Source: Gammaproteobacteria bacterium
GTDB taxonomy: Bacteria; Pseudomonadota; Gammaproteobacteria; Steroidobacterales; Rariloculaceae
DNA: 64,000 nt
Assembly (NCBI GenBank): GCA_022820625.1
Contig: JAJEFE010000077.1
Span: 20,768-84,767 of the forward strand
Reading direction: 5' to 3'
Shown here: positions 46,455 through 56,056 of the stretch, in pieces
Layout of the letters: each line of letters starts with the position of its first letter
How positions within the stretch are numbered: the stretch's first letter is position 1
Program-made: the position numbers and the translations under genes
Notes under the pieces: generated by a model
Told to the model about the DNA's origin: nothing
Databases searched by the model: none
What the model saw: only the letters and a program-made list of their open reading frames with translations

Positions 46455-48167
46455 CTAATGCGCTGCAGGCAAGTCCGGCCGGTGATAGACGTCCGGGCTC
46501 CTGAATCCGCCGTAGAGTTCCCAGTGGTTCAAATCGAAGTAGGGGACAGCCTCCATCCGGAACACCACGTCGTCACCGTCGTATTCGACGACGCGTCCGC
46601 CATAGGGGAGGTCTCCGGTTGAACGGCGGGTCTCGTCCATGCTGTCCTGCGTGATGTTCTCCAGTTGCGGCAGGCAGAAGGCGAAGATGACGAGGTAGTT
46701 GTCGGTGACCGGCAAGCGCCAGGCGTCGCTCATGGCGTTGGCGAAGCAGGCGTCCTCGTGGACGCTGTCGCCCGAGGTCCACACTTGTCGAACGGTCATG
46801 TTCTCTTCGTCCACTTCGTATTCGACGCCGCGGCTGAAGTTCTCCGGCAGCGGCAGGCGCGGCTCGAAGGGCATGGCGCCGCCGTGGGCGCGGTTGTCGA
46901 ACAGGATCACCGTGCCGGCGTGGGTCATGCGCGGGTTGTGCTGATAGCCGGGCCACAACAGGTCGCCGACCGGCGTGAGCAGTTTGTCCTGGAGGTTCTC
47001 CGGCCAGCCGTCGTGGCGTCCGAGAATCCACTTGATGTCGCGGGTCTGGTAATCCACCTTGACGATGGCATTCTGGTTTCGCAGCGATACCAGGACCGAG
47101 TCGTCCGAGGAGTCGTAGCTCAGTCCGTTGGCGTGGGTCCAGTCCATGTAGTCGGGGAAGCCGCGCACCCACCAGTAACTCCAGAAGGTGTCGTAGCCCA
47201 CCCGGAAGGGGTCCAGGGTGCCGTAGGTGTCCCAGGTCCAGACGGTTTCACCCTCGGGCGTGAACTGCACGACGGTATCGGCCATGACGATCTGGTCGGT
47301 ACGCGGTGCGTTCGGGTCGCTGTCGCTGCTGTAGTAGTCCTCGATGAGGTACCCGTTGGCGGAGAAGGCCAGGAAATCGCCGTTGGGCATCTCGTGGGGC
47401 TGGTGATGCAGGGTCTGCTGGCCGAGAATGGGAATGGCATCGGGATTCTCGGGCGGGGGGAAGGGCCTTTCCTCGGCGTAGAACTGCCGTACGACGTTGC
47501 CCAGCAGGTCGATTTCCACGGTGGAGAAGTCCGTGCGGTGCATGAGTATGTTGCCGTTGGAGAGGCGGGCGATTCCTGCCGTCCTGAAGTCCGAGTTGTA
47601 GTACCAGATGACGTCGCCGCGCGCATCGAGCGCCAGCAGCATGCCCCAATCCTCGGAAAAATCCCGCTGCCTTTCGGTCAGCCAGTGGGCGCGCCCCAGG
47701 GCCCGCCGGCGCACGCTCAGGAAGGTCACTCCGGGTTCCATGCGCTCGGGGATCGAGATCTGGATGTCCAGATCGGGGAATTCCAGCGGGTTGGCGGGCA
47801 GGTCCGGCGTGATATGGGGCCAGGTTTCCGTGTGTTGTTCGCCGTCTGCCCCGGTGATCGCGAGCGTAATCGTGTGTTCGCGCCCCGGCCGCATGCCTGC
47901 GACCGGCAACAAGTAGCGTCCATCCCGGGCGATCCCGGCGTCGAATTCCGCCTCCCAGCTGTTCGCGCCGTCGCTGATGGACAGCCGGGATTCCGCCGCC
48001 TGATCGAGACTGAACCCGATCGCCGCCGCAAGGGGCACGCGGCCGGTCGGGTTGGCGGTGAGCGTGGGCGCTTCCACGAAGCTCAGTTGCGCCCATCCGG
48101 TGCCCAGGGGCAACGCAAACAGCGCGGCCGTCGTGATGATCCGAAGCCATGATTGTCTGATGTCCAT
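46455..48167 (-). CDS. secreted aryl-sulfate sulfotransferase (ASST)-like beta-propeller protein
   Basis: 570 aa. Signal peptide ITTAALFALPLGTGWAQ. Motifs LHHQPHEMPNGD, DWTHANG and YQHNPR. Confidence 0.8.
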   Translation of the reverse strand: MDIRQSWLRIITTAALFALPLGTGWAQLSFVEAPTLTANPTGRVPLAAAIGFSLDQAAESRLSISDGANSWEAEFDAGIARDGRYLLPVAGMRPGREHTITLAITGADGEQHTETWPHITPDLPANPLEFPDLDIQISIPERMEPGVTFLSVRRRALGRAHWLTERQRDFSEDWGMLLALDARGDVIWYYNSDFRTAGIARLSNGNILMHRTDFSTVEIDLLGNVVRQFYAEERPFPPPENPDAIPILGQQTLHHQPHEMPNGDFLAFSANGYLIEDYYSSDSDPNAPRTDQIVMADTVVQFTPEGETVWTWDTYGTLDPFRVGYDTFWSYWWVRGFPDYMDWTHANGLSYDSSDDSVLVSLRNQNAIVKVDYQTRDIKWILGRHDGWPENLQDKLLTPVGDLLWPGYQHNPRMTHAGTVILFDNRAHGGAMPFEPRLPLPENFSRGVEYEVDEENMTVRQVWTSGDSVHEDACFANAMSDAWRLPVTDNYLVIFAFCLPQLENITQDSMDETRRSTGDLPYGGRVVEYDGDDVVFRMEAVPYFDLNHWELYGGFRSPDVYHRPDLPAAH

Positions 48168-48200
48168 CGATTGAACTCCTGGTCAGTTCGAAGAGAATTG

Positions 48201-49214
48201 TCAGTAAATGATCGACAGTTTCCCGATCATGCTGCGCGCCTCCAGCTTTGCATGCGCCTGGCGCAGCGTCGCGGCGGAAAGCCCGTGCAGGGTCCTGGTG
48301 AGGGTGCTGCGGATCTCGCCGGCCTCGACCCTGTCGGCAAGCTGCTCGAGAATCCGGTGCTGGCGCCGCATTGTATCGGTTGCGAAGATGGGCCGCGTCG
48401 ACATGTGCTCCCACGCAAACGTCACGCTCTTGAGCATGAGCTTGCGAAGATCCACCGGCCGTTCGGAGCCGACGATGCAGGCGATCTTGCCTTCCGGCGC
48501 AATCAGCTCGGCCATTGCGTCCCAGTGTTCGGCCGTGTCGGCGCAGTTCAGGATGTAGTCGACGTGCTCGAATCCCGCTTCCCGCACGGAGTCCACGAGG
48601 GAGTGGTGATTGGCGACCCGGTCCGCGCCCATCTCCAGGCACCAGTCACGGCTGGCAGGCCGCGATGCCGAGGCGATCACCTTCATCCCGGCCAGGCGTT
48701 TGGCCAGTTGAATCGCGATGGAACCAACGCCTCCGGCCCCGCCAATGATGAGTAAGGTGTGCGAAGTGCCCGGTGACTGCGAAATTCCGAGCCGTTCGAA
48801 GAGCGCTTCCCACGCGGTAATCGCCGTGAGCGGGAGCGCGGCGGCTTCCGCCGGTTCCAGGTTCTTCGGGCGGCGGCCCACGATGCGTTCGTCCATGACC
48901 TGGTACTCGGCATTGCTTCCCGAACGGTCGATGCTGCCGGCGTACCAGACCTTGTCGCCAGGGCCGAAAAGATGTGCTTCCGGGCCTGCCTCAGTAACGG
49001 TCCCGGCAGCGTCAAAGCCCAGAATCAGGGGTCGTTCGAGCGGCTCTTCGGTGGCGGCTCGGCGCCGCCGCAACGTGTCCACGGGATTGACCGACACGGC
49101 CTCGACCCTGATCAGGAGTTCGCGGGGACCCGGCACGGGAACCGGCGTCTCGTAGTCCATGAGGCAACGTTGATCCTCCACGGGCAGGGAGCGTGTAAAG
49201 GCCACGGCTCTCAT
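48201..49214 (-). CDS. zinc-binding alcohol dehydrogenase family / quinone-oxidoreductase-like MDR protein
   Basis: 337 aa. Motifs ...LIRVEAVSVNPVD... and IIGGAGGVGSIAIQLAK. Confidence 0.85.
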   Translation of the reverse strand: MRAVAFTRSLPVEDQRCLMDYETPVPVPGPRELLIRVEAVSVNPVDTLRRRRAATEEPLERPLILGFDAAGTVTEAGPEAHLFGPGDKVWYAGSIDRSGSNAEYQVMDERIVGRRPKNLEPAEAAALPLTAITAWEALFERLGISQSPGTSHTLLIIGGAGGVGSIAIQLAKRLAGMKVIASASRPASRDWCLEMGADRVANHHSLVDSVREAGFEHVDYILNCADTAEHWDAMAELIAPEGKIACIVGSERPVDLRKLMLKSVTFAWEHMSTRPIFATDTMRRQHRILEQLADRVEAGEIRSTLTRTLHGLSAATLRQAHAKLEARSMIGKLSIIY

Positions 49215-49480
49215 CGCACCCGATTTCCTTCCGACAGCAGTTGGTCAGCGTATATTGTCGCACGGAAACATCGGGCAAACGCTCCAAAAGTTGAACAGAC
49301 TGCAATCGGGGCCTTAGCTGCCATATGGGAAAACAATTAATTTTCAGTAAGTTAGAAAAACGCGTCTTCAGGGACGATTGAACACACGAAACAAATGTAC
49401 AACAATACGGAGTCCGGCAAAAGATTGGCCGAAAAAAGATTCGGTGCGTTCGCCGAACCATTCGGCAAGGGATCCCACGG

Positions 49481-50590
49481 ATGGCATATTTCGCAACCGC
49501 AGCGATCGTTCGCGAACCTGGCGGACAATTCTCGCTGGAGCGGGTGGAACTCGATGCCCTGCGCGAATACGAAGTTCTTGTTCGTATCGAAGCATGCGGG
49601 ATCTGTCATACCGATGCGAAGTTCCAGAGCCGCGTTCCATTGCCCGGCGTCTTCGGGCACGAAGGCGCGGGCGTCGTGGAGGAAACCGGTGGTGCCGTCA
49701 CTTCCGTGCGTGCGGGCGACCGGGTCATCATTTCCTATCCCTGGTGCGGGGCCTGCCCATACTGCGAACGGGCGGAACCGTTCAAGTGCGAGAACATCCC
49801 GGCGCTCAAGTTTGCCGGGCAACGCAGTGACGGCAGCCGCACCGTGCGGCTGAATGGGGAGGCTGTGAGCAGCGCTTTTTTCCAGCAGTCTTCATTTGCG
49901 ACGCGCGCCATTGCGCTCGAGCACGCACTTGTTCCCGCGGCCAACAGTATGGCCCCGGAAATGCTGGCCGCGCTGCCTTGCGGGGTACAGACGGGTGCCG
50001 GTGCGGTGATGAATACCTTCGCAATGGGTCCCGAGGACAGTCTGGTGGTGTTCGGGGTCGGTACGGTGGGCCTTAGCGCGATCATGGCAGCCCGGGTAGC
50101 GGGCGTTTCCACAAGAATTGCCGTGGACATCAACCTCTCGCGGCTGGCTCGTGCCAGGGACCTCGGCGCGACTCATGCTCTTGACGCCAGCGAGGACGAT
50201 GTGCCGCGCCGTGTGTGGGAATGGCTGCCTCGCGGGGCCAGTCATGCCCTGGAAAGTTCGATCACGGCATCGGCCCTTGACGATGCGGTGCGGTGCCTCG
50301 GCCAGGGCGGCAAGGTCGGAATATTCAGCGGACCACCGCCGGGCGAAGAGTTCCGTTTCTCCACCCGCGAACTGTTCCAGCGGGTCGGGAGCTTGCACGG
50401 CATCATCCAGGGGTCGGCGGTACCGGGCGAATTCCTGCCGTGGCTCATGGAATTGCAGCGTGCCGGCCGGTTTCCCTACGAGCGGCTGATCAGCACTTAC
50501 GACTTCGCGGACATCAATCGCGCATTCGCGGATCTTGAAGATGGTATCGCGATCAAGCCTGTCCTGGTGTTTCCGCAGGAACAACCATGA
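49481..50590 (+). CDS. NAD-dependent aryl/benzyl-alcohol-dehydrogenase-like Zn-ADH
   Basis: 369 aa. Motifs EACGICHTD, GHEGAGVVEE, structural-Zn CGACPYC and VFGVGTVGLSA. Confidence 0.85.
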   Translation: MAYFATAAIVREPGGQFSLERVELDALREYEVLVRIEACGICHTDAKFQSRVPLPGVFGHEGAGVVEETGGAVTSVRAGDRVIISYPWCGACPYCERAEPFKCENIPALKFAGQRSDGSRTVRLNGEAVSSAFFQQSSFATRAIALEHALVPAANSMAPEMLAALPCGVQTGAGAVMNTFAMGPEDSLVVFGVGTVGLSAIMAARVAGVSTRIAVDINLSRLARARDLGATHALDASEDDVPRRVWEWLPRGASHALESSITASALDDAVRCLGQGGKVGIFSGPPPGEEFRFSTRELFQRVGSLHGIIQGSAVPGEFLPWLMELQRAGRFPYERLISTYDFADINRAFADLEDGIAIKPVLVFPQEQP

Positions 50591-51363
50591 GCCGCTTCCG
50601 GAACAAGGCCGCGATCGTGACCGGGGCGGCATCGGGGATCGGCCTGGCGACCGCGGAACGACTCGCGGCGGAAGGGGCCAGTGTGCTGCTGACGGATCTG
50701 AGCGAACAGGCTGGATCCGAGGCGGCGTGTCGGCTCGGGGCCACGGCCAGGTTCAGGGCGCACGATGCCGCCTCCGAGTCGGATTGGGAGTCCGTGGTTG
50801 CCGACTGCGTGAATGAATTCGGGCGTCTGGACGTGCTCGTCAACAACGCAGGCGTCGCCTTTCTTGCCGGTCAGCTTCCGCCGGAGGATTTGACGCTGGA
50901 GGAATGGAACCGGGTCAATGCGGTCAATGCCGCAGGCGTGATGCTGGGCTGCAAACATGCGATCCGGACCATGAAGGCCACCGGCGGCGGCGCCATCGTC
51001 AATATCGCCTCGGTGGCCGCGACGGTGGCTTCTCCGCTGGCGGTACCGTACGGCGCCAGCAAGGCTGCCGTCGTGCAACTGACCAAGACTGTGGCGTTCG
51101 ATTGTGCGCGGCGCGGCTACGAAATCCGCTGCAATGCGGTCCTGCCCGGGACGATCGAAACCACCCTCTACAAGACCTTCAGCGAAGAACAACGCGCCGC
51201 CAATGCCAGGAGCGTGCCCGTTGGCCGCCTGGGTACGCCCGAAGACGTGGCAATGGCGGTGGCATTTCTGGCAAGCGACGACGCCCGCTACATTACGGGC
51301 GCCCAGCTTGCGGTGGATGGCGGGTTATCCGCCGTAAATCCCATGCGGGCGGACGACGGGTAG
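50587..51363 (+). CDS. SDR-family oxidoreductase
   Basis: 258 aa. Motifs TGAASGIGLA, NNAG and YGASKAA. Overlaps the ADH stop by 4 nt. Confidence 0.9.
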   Translation: MSRFRNKAAIVTGAASGIGLATAERLAAEGASVLLTDLSEQAGSEAACRLGATARFRAHDAASESDWESVVADCVNEFGRLDVLVNNAGVAFLAGQLPPEDLTLEEWNRVNAVNAAGVMLGCKHAIRTMKATGGGAIVNIASVAATVASPLAVPYGASKAAVVQLTKTVAFDCARRGYEIRCNAVLPGTIETTLYKTFSEEQRAANARSVPVGRLGTPEDVAMAVAFLASDDARYITGAQLAVDGGLSAVNPMRADDG

Positions 51364-51387
51364 CAGACTGAACCAACGGAGGACATC

Positions 51388-52830
51388 GTGACATTGGAAG
51401 GTCGTCACTGGATCGGCGGGGAGTGGGTCGGATCGGCCGGGGGCGCCGAGGCCGAGAGCGAGAACCCGAGTACCGGGGAACGGCTTGGCCGGTTCGCCGA
51501 CGCCGGGCTCGCCGACGCCGACGCCGCAATCGGCATCGCGCGCGAGACGTTCGAGACGTCTTCGTGGGCACACCAGCCCCGGGTGCGAGCCCAGGTGTTG
51601 CTGCAGTTCGCCGATCGCCTGGAAAGTCGAAAGGCCGATATCGCCCGGGCGCTGGCACGGGAAAACGGCAAGCTCATCGGCGAAGCCACGCACGAGGTAG
51701 CCGCGGGCATCTCGGAGCTACGCTACTACGCCGGGCTCGCGCGGAACATCTTCGGCCGCGTCACCGAGGTGGACCACCATCAGTATTCCATGCTGGCCCG
51801 GGAACCCATGGGCGTTGCCGGCATCATCGTGCCCTGGAACGCGCCGATCACGTTGCTGATCCGGTCGCTGGCCCCTTGCATGGCGGCAGGATGCACGGCG
51901 GTGGTCAAGGCCGCGCCGCAAACCGCCCTGGTGAACGCCGAAGTTTTCGCGATGCTGGCGGACATCGACGGACTGCCCCCAGGCGTCGTCAACATGCTGG
52001 CGGAGACGGGCAGCGACGTGGCCAGGCGGCTCGTGACCTCGCCGGAAGTAGACGTGATCTCCTATACCGGCAGCACGGAAGTAGGCAAGCGGATCATGGC
52101 GGCCGGCGCCGATACGCTCAAACGCATGAACCTGGAACTGGGCGGCAGCGCGCCCTGTGTCGTCTTTGCCGATGCCGACCTGGATGCGGCTGCCGCGGGC
52201 ATCGCCCGCACGGGAATGGCCCACGCGGGCCAGGTCTGTGTGGCCGCAAGTCGCGTGCTTGCGGAGGAGTCCGTCGCAGGGGCGCTGCAGGCGCGCCTGG
52301 CGGAGCGGCTCGGCGCCTTGCGTCTCGGCGTCGCCGACGACCCCCGCAGCGGCCTCGGGCCGCTCATCGACCGGGCCAGTCAGGCGCGTATGGAACGATT
52401 GGTGGACGAGGCACGAGGTCTTGGCGAGATGATTCTCACCGGCAGTGCTCCCGTCGGAGCGCTTTCCTCCGGATGCTTCATCGGTCCCAGCCTGGTACGA
52501 GTGGAAGACTCCGGCCACGCACTCCTGGACCAGGAAATCTTCGGTCCGCTCCTTACCGTGGATACCTTTGCAGACGAGGAGGAGGCGGTGGCGCAAGCCA
52601 ACGACACTCGCTTCGGCCTGGCCGCCAGCGTGTGGACGACTGACCAGCAGCGCGGCCTGCGCCTGGCGTCCCGGATCAAGAGCGGTACGGTCTGGATCAA
52701 CGCCCACATGAAGCTGCACGCTGAAATCGAGACCGGAGGCTACCGCGAGAGCGGAATCGGACGCTTGCACGGCGTGGAGGGGCTGGATGAATTCCTCCAG
52801 ACCAAGCACATTTCCTGGCAGACGGCGTAA
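51388..52830 (+). CDS. NAD(P)-dependent aldehyde dehydrogenase
   Basis: GTG at 51388 after ACGGAGGA. 480 aa. Motifs LELGGSAP and EEIFGP-like QEIFGP; catalytic Cys region HAGQVCVAASR. Confidence 0.9.
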   Translation: MTLEGRHWIGGEWVGSAGGAEAESENPSTGERLGRFADAGLADADAAIGIARETFETSSWAHQPRVRAQVLLQFADRLESRKADIARALARENGKLIGEATHEVAAGISELRYYAGLARNIFGRVTEVDHHQYSMLAREPMGVAGIIVPWNAPITLLIRSLAPCMAAGCTAVVKAAPQTALVNAEVFAMLADIDGLPPGVVNMLAETGSDVARRLVTSPEVDVISYTGSTEVGKRIMAAGADTLKRMNLELGGSAPCVVFADADLDAAAAGIARTGMAHAGQVCVAASRVLAEESVAGALQARLAERLGALRLGVADDPRSGLGPLIDRASQARMERLVDEARGLGEMILTGSAPVGALSSGCFIGPSLVRVEDSGHALLDQEIFGPLLTVDTFADEEEAVAQANDTRFGLAASVWTTDQQRGLRLASRIKSGTVWINAHMKLHAEIETGGYRESGIGRLHGVEGLDEFLQTKHISWQTA

Positions 52831-52958
52831 CTGCCGGGCATCCACCGTCACGGCGCCGGGGCTTGCACGGAACTGAAAGATGTTGAAACTCCACCATCAC
52901 GGTTCTTCCGTCTGCGCCGCCGCCGAAATCGAATCTTCACATCGCTGAATGCAGGAAG

Positions 52959-53933
52959 ATGACGACGCGAAGCCAGTCCATGAGACGTGAGGAGTACATC
53001 GATCTCTACCGGACCATGGTCCGGATCCGCGTTTTCGAGGAGACCGTGCGCCGCTACCATATCGCCGGCAAGGCGCCCGGCCTGGTACACCTGTGCACGG
53101 GGCAGGAGGCAGTGCCAGCCGGTTTCATTTCCGTGCTCAGGCCGGACGACTTCATCACCATCTACCATCGCGGCCACGGTCATTGCATCGCCAAGGGATC
53201 TTCGCTGGAGGCGCTTCTGGGCGAGCTGTTGCATCGCCGGGGTGGGGTGAACCTGGGGCGGGCGGGCGAACCGCACCTGTGCGATCCTGCCACCAACAAC
53301 ATCGGTTCCACCGGAATTGTCGGCGGCAGCGTGCCCCTGGCAGCCGGGGCGGCGCTGGCTGCCCAGCTTCGCGGCACTGACCAGGTGTCGGTGAGCTTCT
53401 TCGGTGACGGCGTGCTCAACCAGGGCGTGATGTTCGAGGTGCTGAACATGGCGGCCATCTGGTCCCTGCCGGTGGTCTTCGTCTGCGAGGACAACCGCTA
53501 CGGCGAGTTCACCGAAAGCGCGACGGTGACGGCAGGGGAACGCTACCAGGATCGCGGCGCCGTCTTCGGAATTCCCTCGGATACCCTGGACGGAATGGAT
53601 GTGCTGGCGGTTTGCGAGGCCGCCGAGTCGGCGGTGGGCCGGGCACGGCGCGGCGAGGGACCGAGTTTTCTGGTATTCGAAACCTACCGGTTCACCGGCC
53701 ATCACGTGAGCGACCAGCAGGAATACAAGGACAGCGAGGAGATTCGCGCCTGGAAAGCACGCGACCCGATCCCGAACTACGCCCGCTGGCTTGCGGAGAA
53801 AGGCCACATGGATGACGCGGCCATCGCCCGCATACACTCCGAAATCGACGACGAAGTGGAGGCGGCCGCCAAGGTCGCCGATTCGATGCCTCACCCCGGA
53901 CCCGAGGATCTCGGGACACATGTGTTTGCCTAG
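52959..53933 (+). CDS. TPP-dependent 2-oxoacid/acetoin dehydrogenase E1 alpha subunit (pair 1)
   Basis: 324 aa. Motifs YHRGHGHCIAKG and FFGDGVLNQG...FVCEDNRYG. Confidence 0.9.
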   Translation: MTTRSQSMRREEYIDLYRTMVRIRVFEETVRRYHIAGKAPGLVHLCTGQEAVPAGFISVLRPDDFITIYHRGHGHCIAKGSSLEALLGELLHRRGGVNLGRAGEPHLCDPATNNIGSTGIVGGSVPLAAGAALAAQLRGTDQVSVSFFGDGVLNQGVMFEVLNMAAIWSLPVVFVCEDNRYGEFTESATVTAGERYQDRGAVFGIPSDTLDGMDVLAVCEAAESAVGRARRGEGPSFLVFETYRFTGHHVSDQQEYKDSEEIRAWKARDPIPNYARWLAEKGHMDDAAIARIHSEIDDEVEAAAKVADSMPHPGPEDLGTHVFA

Positions 53934-53956
53934 GCGGCAGCCCATGCCCGTGCGCC

Positions 53957-54943
53957 ATGCAGCAGACTGAGCGGCAGATCAGCCTGAAAGCGGCGGTCAT
54001 CGAGGCCATCGCCGAGGAATTCAGGCGCGACCCCGAGACGTTCTACATCGGCGAGGACGTGGGCGTGGCCGAGGGCATCTTCAAGCAGACCCAGGGATTG
54101 CACGCAGAATTCGGCGACAGGCGCGTGATCGATACGCCCATTTCGGAAGCCGGAATGTTCGGCCTGACGGTGGGGGCTGCGGTCGCCGGCATGCGGCCCA
54201 TCGTGGAGATCATGTTCAGCGATTTCCTGACGCTGGTGATGGATCAACTGGTCAACCACGCCGCCAAGATTCATTACCTTTCAGGCGGGGGGTTCAGGGT
54301 ACCGCTGGTGCTGCGGACCGCCATCGGCGTGGGAGGCGTTCTTGGCTCCACCCACTCGCAGACTCTGTACGCCTGGCCGGCGCATGTCCCCGGCCTCAAG
54401 CTCGCGGCCCCGTCCACGCCTGCGGACGCCAAGGGCCTGATGACGGCGGCAATCCGCGACGATAACCCGGTCCTGTACTTTGAGGACCGCATGACCTACA
54501 ACCTCAAGGGGCCGGTGCCGGAGGGCGAGCACATTGTCGAACTGGGTGTGGCCGACATCAAGCGCAAGGGCAGCGACGTGACGCTGATCGCGTTTTCCCG
54601 CATGGTGCACGTGGCGCTGGAGGCGGCGGACGCGCTTGCCGCGAAGGGCATCAGCGCGGAGGTGGTGGATCCGCGATCCATCGTCCCTCTGGATACCGAA
54701 ACGCTGATTGATTCGGTGGCCAGGACCGGCCGCGCCGTGGTGATCGACGGCGGACACGAGCTCTACGGTATCGGCGCCGAGGTTGCCGCGACCGTTGCCG
54801 AGGGCGCCTTCGACTACCTCGATGCACCGGTGATGCGGATCGGCGCACCCCACAACCCGGTACCGTGCAGCAAGCCGCTGGAAGCGATGATGGTGCCGAG
54901 TGCCGATCAGGTCGTGGCGAAGGTCGAACGGATGTACGGATGA
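53957..54943 (+). CDS. E1 beta subunit (pair 1)
   Basis: 328 aa. Motifs FYIGEDVG and RVIDTPISEAGMFGLTVGAA. Confidence 0.9.
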   Translation: MQQTERQISLKAAVIEAIAEEFRRDPETFYIGEDVGVAEGIFKQTQGLHAEFGDRRVIDTPISEAGMFGLTVGAAVAGMRPIVEIMFSDFLTLVMDQLVNHAAKIHYLSGGGFRVPLVLRTAIGVGGVLGSTHSQTLYAWPAHVPGLKLAAPSTPADAKGLMTAAIRDDNPVLYFEDRMTYNLKGPVPEGEHIVELGVADIKRKGSDVTLIAFSRMVHVALEAADALAAKGISAEVVDPRSIVPLDTETLIDSVARTGRAVVIDGGHELYGIGAEVAATVAEGAFDYLDAPVMRIGAPHNPVPCSKPLEAMMVPSADQVVAKVERMYG

Positions 54944-55020
54944 GAACGAATGCGTGAAACGACTCGAGGCGGACAGGCGCGCAGGCGGACATATGCCGGC
55001 CGCTACGGAACCATTGACCA

Positions 55021-56037
55021 ATGATTGACAGCGTACAGGCACTGGCCATTTTCGAATCGATGCTGCTGATCCGCCGCTTTGAAGAGACGGTAATCGATCT
55101 CTGGGCGACCGTGGAAACCGAAAGCCACCGCCACGTCTACATCGGCCAGGAGGCGGTGGGCGCGACAATCATGGAACTGCTGCGCGAAGACGACCTGATC
55201 CTGACCACCCACCGCAACCATGGCCACGTGCTCGCCCGAGGCGCCGATCCCGGCCGCGCACTGGCCGAGATCCTCGGTCGGGCGAACGGCTTCAACAAGG
55301 GGCGCGGCGGCAGCGCCGGGCTGACGGTTCGCGAGGCGGGATTCCTGGCCACCACGGGCCAGGTGGGCGGCGGCATCGGTCTGGGCATCGGCGCCGCGCA
55401 GGCCCAGAAGATCAGGGGCAGGGGCGGGATCTGCGTGACCTTCTTCGGCGACGGCGGGCTGGAAGAAGGGATCGGCTTCGAGGCCATGAACATCGCCGCG
55501 CTGTATCGCCTGCCGGTGCTGCTGGTATGCGAGAACAACAGCGTCGGAGTCACCACGGGCCGCGCCCAGAACGAATGGTCGTCGTCCTCCATGGCGGCCG
55601 AGACCCTGGGGGACATCCCCCGAGCGCTGGGAATCGCCACGGAAGTGGTTGCCGGGGAAAGCGTGACCGACGTCCACGAGGCAGCGAGCCGGCTGATCGG
55701 CGATCTGCGCGAGGGCAGGGCGCCCGCCTTCATCGAGATGCGTACCCGGCGCTGGCCCGGGTCCCGCAGCTTCAACCCGCAACTGGTGACCGGTGTGACC
55801 AATCTCGACGATATCTGGGAGCCTGTTTCGGTGACTGGCGAATATTCCGACTGGATCAATCGGTACGATCCGGTCATCGGCTATGGCAGAGATCTGTTCC
55901 GTCAAGGCCGGGTGAGTCGCAGCGAGATCGTCGCCATGAACGAGCGAGTCGGCCGAACCGTAGAGGCGGCCCGTGAGTTTGCGCTCGCCAGTCCGCTGCC
56001 GTCGGCCGAAAGCGGACTCGCGGGTACGTTCGCATGA
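55021..56037 (+). CDS. TPP-dependent E1 alpha subunit (pair 2)
   Basis: 338 aa. Motifs THRNHGHVLARG and FFGDGGLEEG...LVCENNSVG. Confidence 0.85.
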   Translation: MIDSVQALAIFESMLLIRRFEETVIDLWATVETESHRHVYIGQEAVGATIMELLREDDLILTTHRNHGHVLARGADPGRALAEILGRANGFNKGRGGSAGLTVREAGFLATTGQVGGGIGLGIGAAQAQKIRGRGGICVTFFGDGGLEEGIGFEAMNIAALYRLPVLLVCENNSVGVTTGRAQNEWSSSSMAAETLGDIPRALGIATEVVAGESVTDVHEAASRLIGDLREGRAPAFIEMRTRRWPGSRSFNPQLVTGVTNLDDIWEPVSVTGEYSDWINRYDPVIGYGRDLFRQGRVSRSEIVAMNERVGRTVEAAREFALASPLPSAESGLAGTFA

Positions 56038-56056
56038 TGGCCGGGGGAGATTCGCG

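Noticed and set aside
47596-47606. TTGTAGTACCA, a full match to the candidate operator pattern, inside the ASST coding sequence.
   Set aside because: On the coding strand it is simply the codons for the conserved W-Y-Y-N peptide. The other ASST paralogs also contain GTACTAC from their WYY codons. It is a coding by-product and a caveat for the motif statistics, not a regulatory site.
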